Both the position numbers and the translations under genes were made by a program. 16,972 bases of DNA from Abditibacteriaceae bacterium (GTDB taxonomy: Bacteria; Armatimonadota; Abditibacteriia; Abditibacteriales; Abditibacteriaceae). The notes beneath the pieces were generated by a model. The model was not told the DNA's origin and did no database searches. It worked only from the letters and a program-made list of their open reading frames with translations. Positions within the stretch are counted from its first letter, which is position 1. Every line of letters begins with the position of its first letter. Shown here piece after piece: positions 1 to 7,426 of the stretch. The stretch spans positions 1 through 16,972 of the forward strand of contig JANPJS010000320.1 of the NCBI GenBank assembly GCA_031425655.1, in the 5' to 3' direction.

Positions 1-136
1 GAAACCCCCAACCCCCTTGGTAAGGGGGCTACTGAATAACTTGGTCGAATAGTCAAAAAGTATTGGGTGCTAATGCGTTTTGCGTTTTCCTGCCAAGTAT
101 TCGATAGCCCCCTTAACCAAGGGGGTTGGGGGTTTC
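1..136. repeat. Paired inverted REP/MITE-like element (CCCCC..CCCCCTT-N-AAGGGGG family)
   Basis: GAAACCCCCAACCCCCTTGGTAAGGGGGCTA (1-31) is the reverse complement of TAGCCCCCTTAACCAAGGGGGTTGGGGGTTTC (105-136) except for one extra base. Imperfect pairing extends to about 44/93. Each arm has an internal hairpin. May continue beyond the window start. Confidence 0.85.
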
Positions 137-139
137 CTT

Positions 140-160
140 GAGCCGCAAAGCGGCTCTTTA
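140..160. terminator. Possible intrinsic terminator hairpin
   Basis: GAGCCGC-AAA-GCGGCTC followed by TTTA; lies downstream of the minus-strand SDR gene. The T tract is short. Confidence 0.35.
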
Positions 161-222
161 ACAGCGCCTTAACTTAATGCCATTGGGCGATAGCCCCGCT
201 CCCAAGCGTAAAAGTCACTTTC

Positions 223-1119
223 TTACGCTTGAATCGCTGCCAAATCCTCGCGCAAGCCGGATTCCTGCCCGTCCACCATGCCGCTGTGCGTTTGCACGTC
301 TTCGCTGATGCCCAGCGCGGCTAATTTCGGATTAATGGCCGTAGCGTCGTCCTGTGGCGCGTAGCCGACCAATTCGCGCGCGTCGGAAATATCCAATCGC
401 TTGAAACGGTTCTCGCTCAAACCATGAAAAATGGCGAATTTCAGATTTTCCACGTCCACACAACGCTCGATAAGCTGATTCAAATCGCGGTGCGACACGA
501 AGGCATCCAGCATTTGAATGCCTTTGTCGTCGCGCGCTGCTTCGACGGGTTGAAAAGCACCGATACGCAGCGTTATCACCGACAAGCCTTCTTTTTCGGC
601 CATATAACGCCCCAAAGCCTCGCCAAAGCACTTCGACACGCCGTAAAGATCACCGGGATTGACCGGCTCAGAGGTTTTTACCTGCACATCGGCGGGATAA
701 CCCGAAACGGCGTGAATCGAAGACGCATGAATCACGCGGCGACATCCGGCGGCTTTGGCCGCCACGAAAATGTTGTAAACGCCGACGATGTTGGCATCTA
801 ACAAGTCCTGCCAGATCGCGGAGGGGCTGGGATCGCCGGCCATGTGAACGACGGTATCTATGCCTTCGCAGAATTGCTTAAGCTGAGCCATGTCGTCTAA
901 ATCGCCGGTCACGACTTCGCCGAAGGCGCGAATCTTTTCGACATCTTCAGGCTTATCCGCCGCGCGCACCATCAGGCGCAGATCGTATTTGTGATGCGAA
1001 TGCTCGGCGAAATAAGAGCCGATGCGTCCGGCTGCGCCGGTCACCAGTATTTTGCGGCGCACGCCATTGTCGGTTTGTGTCAGAGCGCCGGTTCCGGTCG
1101 CCGTGTAAGATTGAGCCAT
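223..1119 (-). CDS. NAD(P)-dependent epimerase/dehydratase, extended SDR, uronate dehydrogenase-like (298 aa)
   Basis: TGAAGRIG nucleotide-binding motif, ASS, YGVSK catalytic motif and LRIG. Start placed at ATG 1119 (MAQSY), which has a strong GAGGAGG SD. The ORF-track extension to 1533 overlaps thiD. Confidence 0.85.
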   Translation of the reverse strand: MAQSYTATGTGALTQTDNGVRRKILVTGAAGRIGSYFAEHSHHKYDLRLMVRAADKPEDVEKIRAFGEVVTGDLDDMAQLKQFCEGIDTVVHMAGDPSPSAIWQDLLDANIVGVYNIFVAAKAAGCRRVIHASSIHAVSGYPADVQVKTSEPVNPGDLYGVSKCFGEALGRYMAEKEGLSVITLRIGAFQPVEAARDDKGIQMLDAFVSHRDLNQLIERCVDVENLKFAIFHGLSENRFKRLDISDARELVGYAPQDDATAINPKLAALGISEDVQTHSGMVDGQESGLREDLAAIQA

Positions 1120-1176
1120 GAAAAATTCCTCCTCGAATTTCACCCGCGATTTTGCAAGCCCGGTGCCGCCCGCGCG

Positions 1177-1182
1177 TAAACT
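1177..1182 (+). promoter_or_regulatory. Putative -10 box of a leaderless thiD transcript
   Basis: TAAACT lies 6 nt before GTG 1189; no SD is present. Confidence 0.5.
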
Positions 1183-1188
1183 TGCCCG

Positions 1189-1992
1189 GTGCCGACCATT
1201 CCCTGCGTTCTGACTATTGCCGGCCTCGACCCTTCGGGCGGCGCCGGCCTGCCCGCCGATGCCCGCGCCTGCGCCGCTTTCGGCGCGCACGCTTTGCCCA
1301 TCGCGACTGCCGTGATCGCGCAAAACACGCGCGGCGTGGCCGATTTCGAGCCGGTTTCGGCGACGCTGCTTGCTGCCCAACTTGACACCATTCTGCTGGA
1401 CATTACGCCCCGCGCCGTGAAAATCGGCATGATTCCCAACGCCACCGCCGTCGAAATCATCGCATCGCGCGTGGCAAATCTGGGCGTGCCGGTTATCGTT
1501 GATCCGGTTTTCGCGCCGTCGTCTGGCCCGCACTTTTCCAACGAAGACACAATTAAGGCGCTGTGCGAACTTCTGCTGCCGCTGTGCGATGTCGTGACGC
1601 CAAATTGGCTCGAAGCCGAAAAATTATTGGCACGCCAAATCGCGCCGCACGAAGTTGGCGATGCAGCGCAGGAAATCGCCGAGAAATTCCAAGCCCGCGC
1701 CGTGCTGATTAAAGGCGGCCACGCACTCGAAAGCGCCGAAGTGTGCGATATATTGTGGGACGGCGCGCGATTGCACGAATTTCACGCGCCGCGCATTGCT
1801 GGCCTCGAAGTGCGCGGCACCGGCTGCCTTTTAGCCTCCGCCATCGCCGCGCAACGCGCCCGCGACGTGCCGCTGCCCGAAGCCGTGCAACACGCTAAAA
1901 CATGGCTGACGACGCAAATTCAAAACGCCGTCGCCATCGGCAAAGGCCGTCGCGTGGCCTTGCAATTTTCAACCACGGATGAACACGGATAA
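1189..1992 (+). CDS. thiD: Hydroxymethylpyrimidine/phosphomethylpyrimidine kinase
   Basis: LTIAGLDPSGGAG, AQNT, VKIGM, VDPV, VVTPN.EA, VLIKGGH and RGTGC.LASAIAA motifs of the ThiD ribokinase fold. Confidence 0.93.
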   Translation: MPTIPCVLTIAGLDPSGGAGLPADARACAAFGAHALPIATAVIAQNTRGVADFEPVSATLLAAQLDTILLDITPRAVKIGMIPNATAVEIIASRVANLGVPVIVDPVFAPSSGPHFSNEDTIKALCELLLPLCDVVTPNWLEAEKLLARQIAPHEVGDAAQEIAEKFQARAVLIKGGHALESAEVCDILWDGARLHEFHAPRIAGLEVRGTGCLLASAIAAQRARDVPLPEAVQHAKTWLTTQIQNAVAIGKGRRVALQFSTTDEHG

Positions 1993-2094
1993 ACGCGGAT
2001 GGTTTTTTGGATTTCGGCTGAAAATTGCCGGAGAAACTCCGAGCGAATGCAATCCTGAAAATTTATCCGTGTTCATCCGTGTTCATCTGTGGTT
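1971..2094. repeat. Inverted pair of 3x10-bp tandem repeats (GAACACGGAT family)
   Basis: AACCACGGAT-GAACACGGAT-AAACGCGGAT (1971-2000) pairs with ATCCGTGTTC-ATCCGTGTTC-ATCTGTGGTT (2065-2094). Confidence 0.9.
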
Positions 2095-2105
2095 AATTTA
2101 CGCTT

Positions 2106-2933
2106 ATGAATTCTCAATTCACCAACGAACAAATTCAACAATTCCGCGATGAAGGCTGGCTGGCGGTGCCCGATTTCTGGAACGCCGACGAAGTGCGCGC
2201 TATGCAACTCGAATTGGAGCGTCTCCAGCACGAAGGCAAATTAAAGAACGTGGCCACGGACGGCGACGGCAAAACACAGTCGCAAATCAAAGCCAATTTG
2301 CAGCTTTGCCCGATGTGGCCGCACTCCGATTTTTATCGCGCCATGCCCTTCGCGCCCAAAGTAGCCGAAGCGATTCGCCAGCTTATCGGCGACCCGGTTT
2401 TGCTGCATCTCGATCAGGTGTTTTTGAAGCCGGGCAAGCACGGCGCCGGAACCAACTGGCATCAAGACAACGCTTATTTCAACATCGGCGACCCGCTCAA
2501 AGGCACCGCGCTGTGGACGGCGGTTCACGACGCGACCATCGCCAACGGCACGATGCGCATCATTCCCGGCAGCTTCCGCGAAGAATATGAGCATTCGCGC
2601 GACGGCGACAGCGATCATCACATTCGCTGCTTCCCCGATGAAAGCCGGGCGCGCTTTGTTGAACTGCCGGCGGGCGGCGCGCTGTTCTTCGCTTACGGCA
2701 CAGCGCATTCGACCGGCGCCAACACCACAGAAAAAGAGCGCGCTGGCGTGGCCTTGCACTTCATCAACGCCAACGTGAGTCAGGAAGCCGTCGGCGGCTT
2801 TGCGCCGGGATTGCGCCCTGCTCTCACCGGCCCCGATTGCAGCGGCGGCCAAGCCGAATACGGCCAACGCATCGCCGGGACATGGGAAAATGAAGTCACG
2901 CGAGTGTTGAGCGGCGAGGCCGCTACTGTTTAG
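2106..2933 (+). CDS. Phytanoyl-CoA dioxygenase (PhyH) family Fe(II)/2-oxoglutarate oxygenase
   Basis: F.DEGW N-terminus, FLKPG, WHQD (HxD), W.AVHDAT..NG.M..IPGS, distal His (AHSTGAN) and ER. Substrate unknown. Confidence 0.9.
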   Translation: MNSQFTNEQIQQFRDEGWLAVPDFWNADEVRAMQLELERLQHEGKLKNVATDGDGKTQSQIKANLQLCPMWPHSDFYRAMPFAPKVAEAIRQLIGDPVLLHLDQVFLKPGKHGAGTNWHQDNAYFNIGDPLKGTALWTAVHDATIANGTMRIIPGSFREEYEHSRDGDSDHHIRCFPDESRARFVELPAGGALFFAYGTAHSTGANTTEKERAGVALHFINANVSQEAVGGFAPGLRPALTGPDCSGGQAEYGQRIAGTWENEVTRVLSGEAATV

Positions 2934-3348
2934 AAGCAGTTTGAAAAGTCAGGGTTGAGTTCAAAAGCTTGGCATCTCTGTCATTCTGAGTCCTGCCCAG
3001 AGGGCACCCGGAAGAATCTACGAACTCACCATACGCAGTGGGGTGTGATAGGCAGGTCACCCAACAAGGTGATGAGTCATTCTGAGCTTGCGAAGAATCT
3101 CTGCGTAAGAGGCTCCGCACGGAGCATGAGCAAAAACAACGCAAAGGCCGAGATTCTTCCGGGTGCCCTCTGGGCAGGACTCAGAATGACAGCGCTTCTT
3201 GAATTTGCCTGCCTAACACACTCCACTGCGTAAGGTGAATATTAACGATTGGGTGACAGCAATAGATTCTTCCGGGTGCCCTCTGGGCAGGACTCAGAAT
3301 GACAAATCTCTGACTTTTCGGCCCGATTCCGACTTTTCAGACTGCTTC
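2933..3348. mobile_element. Non-autonomous MITE, IS5-like ends, with nested internal inverted repeats
   Basis: 18-bp TIR GAAGCAGTTTGAAAAGTC (2933-2950) / GACTTTTCAGACTGCTTC (3331-3348), 17/18 match. TTA direct repeats flank it at 2930-2932 and 3349-3351. No transposase inside. Confidence 0.75.
2979..3304. repeat. Four GTCATTCTGAG...GAAGAATCT REP-like units as two nested inverted pairs
   Basis: Units at 2979-3020 (+), 3076-3101 (+, short), 3150-3191 (-) and 3263-3304 (-). The first and last are a perfect 42-bp inverted pair. Confidence 0.92.
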
Positions 3349-3406
3349 TTAGATTTTCTGTTTTGCCTCGTTTCTTTTTCGTGATGGCTCAGTTATCCTA
3401 TACGCC

Positions 3407-3742
3407 ATGAAACGCAAAACCATCGTCGTCTCGCTTTTGTTGTCCGCCAGCATGATGGGCACGGTATGCGTGCCCCACGCGCAGGCCCAGGAAAAATACC
3501 CCAGCGTGAAAGGTCTCACGCCGTTCACGCCTCCGGCGAATTTCATGTCGCTGCCCGGCTGTTTGCGCTGGCAATATTTGATTCAATCCGGGCGCTGGAT
3601 TTCCCGCCCCGAAGCCGTGCAAGCCGTGCGCGATCAAGGTGCTTCGGCCCGATTAGACCCCACCAACTGGCGCTATCAAGCGCGACAAGCGGCCCGCAAG
3701 CCGCTGACGCCGACTTTCGTTTCCTTAGAACGCGGCCTGTAA
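3407..3742 (+). CDS. Small secreted hypothetical protein (111 aa)
   Basis: Sec-type signal peptide (MKRK, hydrophobic core, AQA). Ends just before a strong terminator. No recognised domain. Confidence 0.7.
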   Translation: MKRKTIVVSLLLSASMMGTVCVPHAQAQEKYPSVKGLTPFTPPANFMSLPGCLRWQYLIQSGRWISRPEAVQAVRDQGASARLDPTNWRYQARQAARKPLTPTFVSLERGL

Positions 3743-3754
3743 AGGGCTTTAATA

Positions 3755-3790
3755 AAAAACCGCCGCTCCGAATTCGGAGCGGCGGTTTTT
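3755..3790. terminator. Bidirectional rho-independent terminator
   Basis: Perfect palindrome AAAAACCGCCGCTCCGAATTCGGAGCGGCGGTTTTT between convergent genes. Confidence 0.9.
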
Positions 3791-3792
3791 GT

Positions 3793-6429
3793 TTATTTAG
3801 GCAAGCGGCCTGATTTGCTCAAAGACGGCAAGCGCGGCGGTAAAGCGCGGCCCGGCGGCAGCGAAACCGGAGGCAAAAGGCGCGGCGACATCGGCGGCAA
3901 AAGCCCGCCTTCGGGAGGCCGGTTGAATTTCGGAGGCGGCGCGTAACGCGGAATCGCTGGCGGCAGCAAACCGCCGGGCGGCGATGCGGGAAATACGACA
4001 GGCGGCGGCGCGGGCATTATCGAAGGCGCAGTGACGATGGGCGTTTGCGTGGAAACTGCGCCGATTTGCGCGAAGCCGAGCGGCATTTGCGCCGCTAAAA
4101 ACAAGCGGGTCGGCGGTTGAAACGATTGCGTGTTGCGCCACCATTGGAAAACCGAAACGGCGGCGCTCCATTCCAGCGGCGCGCCTTCATCGTTGTGCAA
4201 AATCCAGCCGAAGCGAACTGGCAAATGGCCCGTCGCGCGCGTGCCGGGGCTTAAATCAGGCAGCGCCGACAAAGGAATGCACGCCTCGTAAGTCGTAATC
4301 TTGCGGCGTTCGTCGCGGCGCAGCACGCAACGCGCGTTTTTCAACAGCGGCGGTTGGCCTGATTTCAAGGCCACGATTTGCCCGCCGAGCGCCGGAAGCA
4401 GCGCGAAGTTGTAATCGGTGTCGCGGAACGGCGACGCCGTCGGCTTGCCAAATCCGCGCGTGCCGAAAGCGAGTTGCAGCGCATCGCCCTGCCAGAATTC
4501 GACGGCATCGCGCGCCGGACGCAAACGCGGCTCGTTAATTTGCGCCGCCGCGTAAAGATAAGCGTTATCCCAGCGCAACGCCACGCGCGCTCCGGCGCCG
4601 CTTTGCCGGGCAGGGCGAATGTCCATCCACTGCGCGCCTTGCCAGTCGTCCAATTCGCCGTCTATTTTCAAGCGGGCGCCGGCGGGCACATTGTCGGCCA
4701 AAGCCACGCGCAAGGCTTGATTCCACGCCGTATGCACGCCGCCGGCAGTGGCACCGATACGAATAGCATAAAAGCCGTCCGGCGAGGGCACGGCGCTGGT
4801 CGCCTCGAAAGGAAAACTGCGAATCTCGCCGCCGGCTAACGAAAAAGTTTGCTCGCCGCGCGCCAGAGTCCAGCCCGGCGGCGGCGCCAAACGCAGCGTG
4901 CCGGAAAGCGATTGCGGCAGCAGGTTTTGCAAGCGCACCACGAGGCGGCACGGCGCGCCGTCAGTCACGATTTGCGTAATCGGCAAGGCCCGCGCGGCGA
5001 GTGGCGCGATACCTTCGATTTTGCCCGCATTCAGCGCCCGCGCGACCATCGCAGGCGGCGCGGCGCTCGCAACATAAACCGGCGACGGGCCAAGCGGCAC
5101 CGCCAATTCGCCGTTTTCAGCCCGCGCCAGCGCGTTGCCGAAAATATCCAACAATTGCGCGCCGGGCAAGGCGACTTTCAAGCGACCGATACTGCCTTCG
5201 CGCGTGGCCCACAGCAGCGCCACGCTGCCGCCCGGCACTTTGAATAAAGCGCCGCACAGCGCGGTGCTGTGCGTGAAAAGCGCGTTGGCGGGCGCGGCGT
5301 CTTCGAGCAGCTTCGACATCGCCGCGAAAGCCGCCGCTTGTGCCACGCGCGCTTGTCCACCGGCTTCGAGCGGCGCGCTGGCGCCCGACGCGCCGCACAT
5401 TATCGCCATCGCGTAGCGCGTCACCAAATCGCTTGCGGCGCGCAGAGGCCCGGCGCCTGCCGGCAGTTGCGCGCGAACGTGCAACGTCGCGCCGCGCTGC
5501 CGGGCCAGTTCGCGCGCTGTTACAAGCGCACGGCGCAAAGCCGCCGAATGCGCCTGCCCGCCGGGAATGGCGGCTTGCGGCGAAGCATCGCCGGACGTTT
5601 CGAGTCCGCTCGGCGTCAGCATCGCGGCCATTCCGCCGGCGATTGTCGAAGGTGAATTGGTGAAAGGCAGCACAAACGCGGCATCGGGCCGAGAAGTTCG
5701 TGCCGCGCCCAGAAATTCCGCGCTCTGCGCAGAGGCCGCGCCCGGCACTTCCCAAGTTTTAATCGCCGGATAGCGGCCCAATGCCGGTAGCGCCCGACCG
5801 GGCCACGCCATCGCGTTCAGCGTGTTGCCCGGCTGATCCAAGACGGCTAAAGTCGCCAAATTGTGGCGCAGTCGCGTGCGGATTTGGTTGTCAATCGCGG
5901 CGTGCGGCACGGTTTCGTCGAGCAAGCTCGAACGCAGCACACGGGCACCGGCACGCTGGTAAAAGCTCAACTCACGTTCGGAAAGCAAAAGCGGCGCATC
6001 GAGCGCGAAAAACGACTGCGGGCGAAATTGCTCGACGGGCGCCGTAACGACGGCGAAGGGCCATGACATTTGCGCTTTTGCATCGCCTTCGATTTGCGCG
6101 GCCAATATATAGCCGCCGCGCGCAGGAGCTTTAAATAAGTCGCGCACGAGAAGATTGCCGTGTGCGGGCACCGCGTAATCGCCTTTTTTGTTGACGCGCA
6201 CAAAACCGCTACTGTCGGTGATTTGCCAGAACAAGCGCACGCGCCGCGCCGCGCCATCGTTGGAAATACGCATCCACAGCAGCAGCGATGTCTGGCTTTG
6301 CAGCGTGTCCCGATCCCAGAAAACGCCGTCGGGCTGTTCGCCGCCGAGTTCGAGCCGCAAATTCGGCGCGGCAAATGTCACGCTTTGAAAGAGAAAGAAA
6401 AGAAGAATCCAGCGGTGAAAGCGAAGCAT
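3793..6429 (-). CDS. Large secreted protein: Ig-like domain, degenerate glycoside-hydrolase-like barrel, NEW3-like domain, CBM9/DOMON-like sugar-binding domain, Pro-rich tail
   Basis: Signal peptide (..VTFA/AP). V.LQN...SGTLRLAPPPGW..FSLAGGE is NEW3-like. IDGELDDW..WDNAYLY..FWQGDALQLAF..YEACIP is CBM9-like. The last ~80 aa are Pro-rich. Domain calls come from motif recognition only. Confidence 0.75.
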   Translation of the reverse strand: MLRFHRWILLFFLFQSVTFAAPNLRLELGGEQPDGVFWDRDTLQSQTSLLLWMRISNDGAARRVRLFWQITDSSGFVRVNKKGDYAVPAHGNLLVRDLFKAPARGGYILAAQIEGDAKAQMSWPFAVVTAPVEQFRPQSFFALDAPLLLSERELSFYQRAGARVLRSSLLDETVPHAAIDNQIRTRLRHNLATLAVLDQPGNTLNAMAWPGRALPALGRYPAIKTWEVPGAASAQSAEFLGAARTSRPDAAFVLPFTNSPSTIAGGMAAMLTPSGLETSGDASPQAAIPGGQAHSAALRRALVTARELARQRGATLHVRAQLPAGAGPLRAASDLVTRYAMAIMCGASGASAPLEAGGQARVAQAAAFAAMSKLLEDAAPANALFTHSTALCGALFKVPGGSVALLWATREGSIGRLKVALPGAQLLDIFGNALARAENGELAVPLGPSPVYVASAAPPAMVARALNAGKIEGIAPLAARALPITQIVTDGAPCRLVVRLQNLLPQSLSGTLRLAPPPGWTLARGEQTFSLAGGEIRSFPFEATSAVPSPDGFYAIRIGATAGGVHTAWNQALRVALADNVPAGARLKIDGELDDWQGAQWMDIRPARQSGAGARVALRWDNAYLYAAAQINEPRLRPARDAVEFWQGDALQLAFGTRGFGKPTASPFRDTDYNFALLPALGGQIVALKSGQPPLLKNARCVLRRDERRKITTYEACIPLSALPDLSPGTRATGHLPVRFGWILHNDEGAPLEWSAAVSVFQWWRNTQSFQPPTRLFLAAQMPLGFAQIGAVSTQTPIVTAPSIMPAPPPVVFPASPPGGLLPPAIPRYAPPPKFNRPPEGGLLPPMSPRLLPPVSLPPGRALPPRLPSLSKSGRLPK

Positions 6430-6443
6430 GGCAGGGTTACAAC

Positions 6444-6544
6444 AGGGTGTTGGGTGGTTAGGTAGTGAGGTGGTTAGGTTGGTAGCGAATCGAATCGTTT
6501 TCCCTAACCCAACAACCTAACCACCCAACACCCTAACCACCTTA
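6444..6544. repeat. Inverted pair of ~8-bp tandem repeats (GGTGGTTA/TAACCACC family)
   Basis: AGGGTGTTGGGTGGTTAGGT (6444-6463) is the perfect reverse complement of ACCTAACCACCCAACACCCT (6515-6534). Further degenerate units lie on both arms. Confidence 0.88.
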
Positions 6545-7345
6545 CTATCCGCTAAGTTCGCGGGCGCGCTGCGTTGCGGCTTGCACGGCGTCCATGACGG
6601 CGCCACGCAAACCGTGCCGTTCGAGTTCGTGCAAACCCGCGATGGTGGTGCCGCCCGGCGAAGTGACCTGATCTTTGAGCGCGCCGGGATGCGTGCCGGT
6701 TTCGAGCACCATTTGCGCGGCGCCGAGCACGGTTTGCGCGGCTAATTGCGTTGCCACATCGCGCGGCAAACCGACGCGCACGCCGGCATCGCTGAGCGCC
6801 TCAATGAAAATGTAAACGTAAGCCGGGCCGGAGCCGGAAAGTCCGGTTACGGCATCCAGAAGTTTTTCGTCAACCTCAACCGCGAGGCCGACGGCGGAGA
6901 AAATGCGCCGCGCCAGAGCGCGATGCTCGTCGCGGGCGTGCGCGCCCGAAGCCAACGCCGATGCGCCCTGCCCGACCAGACTCGGCGTGTTGGGCATCAC
7001 GCGTAGAACAGGAACCGCCTGCGAAAAAGCGGCTTCAAGCTGCGCCGTCGAAATGCCGGGCGCGATGGAAATCAGCGTATGCTGCGGCGTTAGCGTGTCG
7101 CGCAATGGGGCCAACGCTTCGAACATCACTTGCGGTTTAATGGCGGCCAGCAGCACGTCGGCATCCTGCGCCGCGAGAGCAGGTGAATCGGCCCCGACAA
7201 TGCCAAACTCAGCGGCGAGTTCGCGCACGCGGGCCATATTCACGTCGTAAGCGGTGATTTCCGATGGCGCGTAAACCTGCGCCGCGATCAGCCCGCGCAT
7301 CAGCGCCGTGCCCATCGCGCCCGCGCCGAGGAAGGCAATTTTCAT
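6545..7345 (-). CDS. proC: Pyrroline-5-carboxylate reductase (266 aa)
   Basis: MKIAFLGAGAMG, IKPQ, RVMPNTP, TGLSGSGPAY, VTSPGGTT. Start reassigned to ATG 7345 because the upstream codons are repeat-derived. Confidence 0.96.
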   Translation of the reverse strand: MKIAFLGAGAMGTALMRGLIAAQVYAPSEITAYDVNMARVRELAAEFGIVGADSPALAAQDADVLLAAIKPQVMFEALAPLRDTLTPQHTLISIAPGISTAQLEAAFSQAVPVLRVMPNTPSLVGQGASALASGAHARDEHRALARRIFSAVGLAVEVDEKLLDAVTGLSGSGPAYVYIFIEALSDAGVRVGLPRDVATQLAAQTVLGAAQMVLETGTHPGALKDQVTSPGGTTIAGLHELERHGLRGAVMDAVQAATQRARELSG

Positions 7346-7347
7346 AA

Positions 7348-7420
7348 GAGTTTTGGGTTTTGAGTTTTGAGTTTTGAGTTGAATCCGCAACTCATAACTC
7401 AAAACTCACAACTCAAAATT
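7348..7420. repeat. Inverted pair of 7-bp tandem repeats (GAGTTTT/AAAACTC), copy 1
   Basis: About 4.5 GAGTTTT units, a short loop, then about 4 AACTCAA-like units. Fills the sepF-proC gap. Confidence 0.92.
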
Positions 7421-7426
7421 GCCGTT

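Noticed and set aside
184..208. Small hairpin GGGC-GATA-GCCC as a riboswitch or ncRNA
   Set aside because: No recognisable aptamer consensus; too short to support a call.
1120..1188. TPP riboswitch upstream of thiD
   Set aside because: The gap is only 69 bp and has no CTGAGA or CCTGA core motifs.
1120..1533. 138-aa N-terminal extension of the SDR ORF
   Set aside because: It is mostly an antisense shadow of thiD; a strong SD precedes ATG 1119.
2923..3233. ORFs 2955-3233 (+) and 2923-3144 (-)
   Set aside because: They are translations of the repeat element (CHSE.., LRMT) with no transposase features.
2979..3304. CRISPR-like repeats of about 42 bp
   Set aside because: Units are in opposite orientations and nested, with irregular spacing; this is REP-like.
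7346..7402. N-terminal extension of ProC (LKTQNSKPKT)
   Set aside because: Heptamer-repeat-derived; the ProC fold starts at MKIAFLG.
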